Below, piece by piece: positions 38,992 to 39,924 of a DNA stretch of 39,924 nucleotides (positions are counted from its first letter, which is position 1; the number at the start of each line of letters is the position of its first letter). This DNA comes from a virus (Duplodnaviria; Heunggongvirae; Uroviricota; Caudoviricetes), in the IMG/VR virus record IMGVR_UViG_2778261064_000020, positions 1 through 39,924 of that record. The stretch is one strand, 5' to 3'. Both the position numbers and the translations under genes were made by a program. The notes under the pieces are model-generated. The model did no database searches. It saw only the letters and a list, made by a program, of their open reading frames with translations, and was not told the origin of the DNA.

Positions 38992-39924
38992 TTATGCCGG
39001 GTTTTTATCATTTTTCTTAATGTTTTCCGCACGTTCTGCTTTTTGTCGTGCTTCTGCTTTGCGCTTGTTGCTCATGTCGTTACGGATCTGTGCATGACTC
39101 ATTAACGCGAAGATAAAGGTGCCGCCGCAGATGTTTCCTGCCAGAGTAGGTAACGCGAAGGGCCAGATGAAATCGCTCCAGTGCAGCGTGCCGTTAAATA
39201 CCAGATAGAGGATTTCTACAGAACCGACAACGATGTGGGTGGTGTCTCCGAGGGCGATAAGCCAGGTCATTAATATAATCACTACAATCTTTGCCGCACC
39301 CGCTGCAGGAAACATCCATACCATAGTGGCGATCAGCCAGCCGGAAATGATCGCGTTGGCAAACATCTCACTGGGGGTGTTCTTCATCACATCCATGCCG
39401 ATTTTTACAAATGCATCGCGAGTTTCTTCATTAAAGATAGGCATATATTCAAATGCCCACGCCGCAATACCTGTCCCGAGAATATTCCCCAGCAGCACGA
39501 CGCCCCATAACCGCATAAGTAAGCCGACGTTACTCATTGTCGGTTTTTGCATGACGGGTAGTACCGCAGTCACGGTGTTTTCGGTAAATAATTGTTGGCG
39601 GGCCATAATGACGATAATAAAGCCAAAGGTATAACCGAGATTCTCCAGCAAGAAACTGCCCGGCACGCCTTCCAGTTCGACATGAAATATCCCTTTTGCC
39701 AGTAGTGAAGCGCCCATCGACAGACCCGCCGCAATGGCTGACCACAGTAGCGCCATTGCGTCGCGTTCCAGCTCTTTTTCACCATCCTGGCGGATATGTT
39801 CATGAATTGCCATCGCCCGGGAGGGGAGTCGGTCTTCATCTATTTCTATTTTTTTGCCGCGTTCTTTTTCTTCGCTCTCAACTTCAATTTCGTCGCTGTG
39901 TTGATCAATTTTGTCGTTGTCCAT
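38992..39924 (-). CDS. yfdC: Inner-membrane protein YfdC (formate/nitrite transporter family)
   Basis: 310-aa ORF with multiple TM helices; start codon is at the window edge; matches the argW-adjacent yfdC of E. coli as recalled. Confidence 0.75.
   Translation of the reverse strand: MDNDKIDQHSDEIEVESEEKERGKKIEIDEDRLPSRAMAIHEHIRQDGEKELERDAMALLWSAIAAGLSMGASLLAKGIFHVELEGVPGSFLLENLGYTFGFIIVIMARQQLFTENTVTAVLPVMQKPTMSNVGLLMRLWGVVLLGNILGTGIAAWAFEYMPIFNEETRDAFVKIGMDVMKNTPSEMFANAIISGWLIATMVWMFPAAGAAKIVVIILMTWLIALGDTTHIVVGSVEILYLVFNGTLHWSDFIWPFALPTLAGNICGGTFIFALMSHAQIRNDMSNKRKAEARQKAERAENIKKNDKNPA

Overview
The window is an Escherichia coli chromosomal segment carrying a complete, roughly 37 kb mosaic lambdoid prophage inserted at the 3' end of tRNA-Arg (argW). 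A 21-bp direct repeat (1678-1698 and 38836-38856) marks the prophage ends. Host flanks are cscB (sucrose permease) on the left and argW plus yfdC on the right. The prophage combines three modules: a KplE1/CPS-53-type recombination module (IntS-like integrase beside argW, TorI-like excisionase at the far end); a phage-lambda immunity and early region (cI, cro, cII, N, oL/oR operators, nutL/nutR, cIII/kil-like, RecT, nin genes, Q-like antiterminator, S/R/Rz/Rz1 lysis genes, two tRNA genes); and a P22-like podovirus virion module (terS, terL, portal, scaffold, coat, gp4/10/26, ejection proteins gp14/7/20/16, immI mnt-arc-ant, tailspike). No CRISPR array, IS element or recognisable defence enzyme was seen. 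The best candidates for something undescribed are accessory genes sitting in known moron/defence hotspots: (1) a cassette that replaces rexAB between cI and pL, with a 173-aa protein of unknown function, its own promoter and palindrome, and a roughly 370-nt ORF-free leader; (2) a 207-aa unknown protein in the ral/sieB slot between N and cIII; (3) a three-gene cluster in the sieA slot between gp16 and mnt, comprising a lipoprotein, a small HExxH metallopeptidase-like protein and a 59-aa protein. All protein identifications are from my own reading of the translations and recalled reference sequences; none is database-verified.
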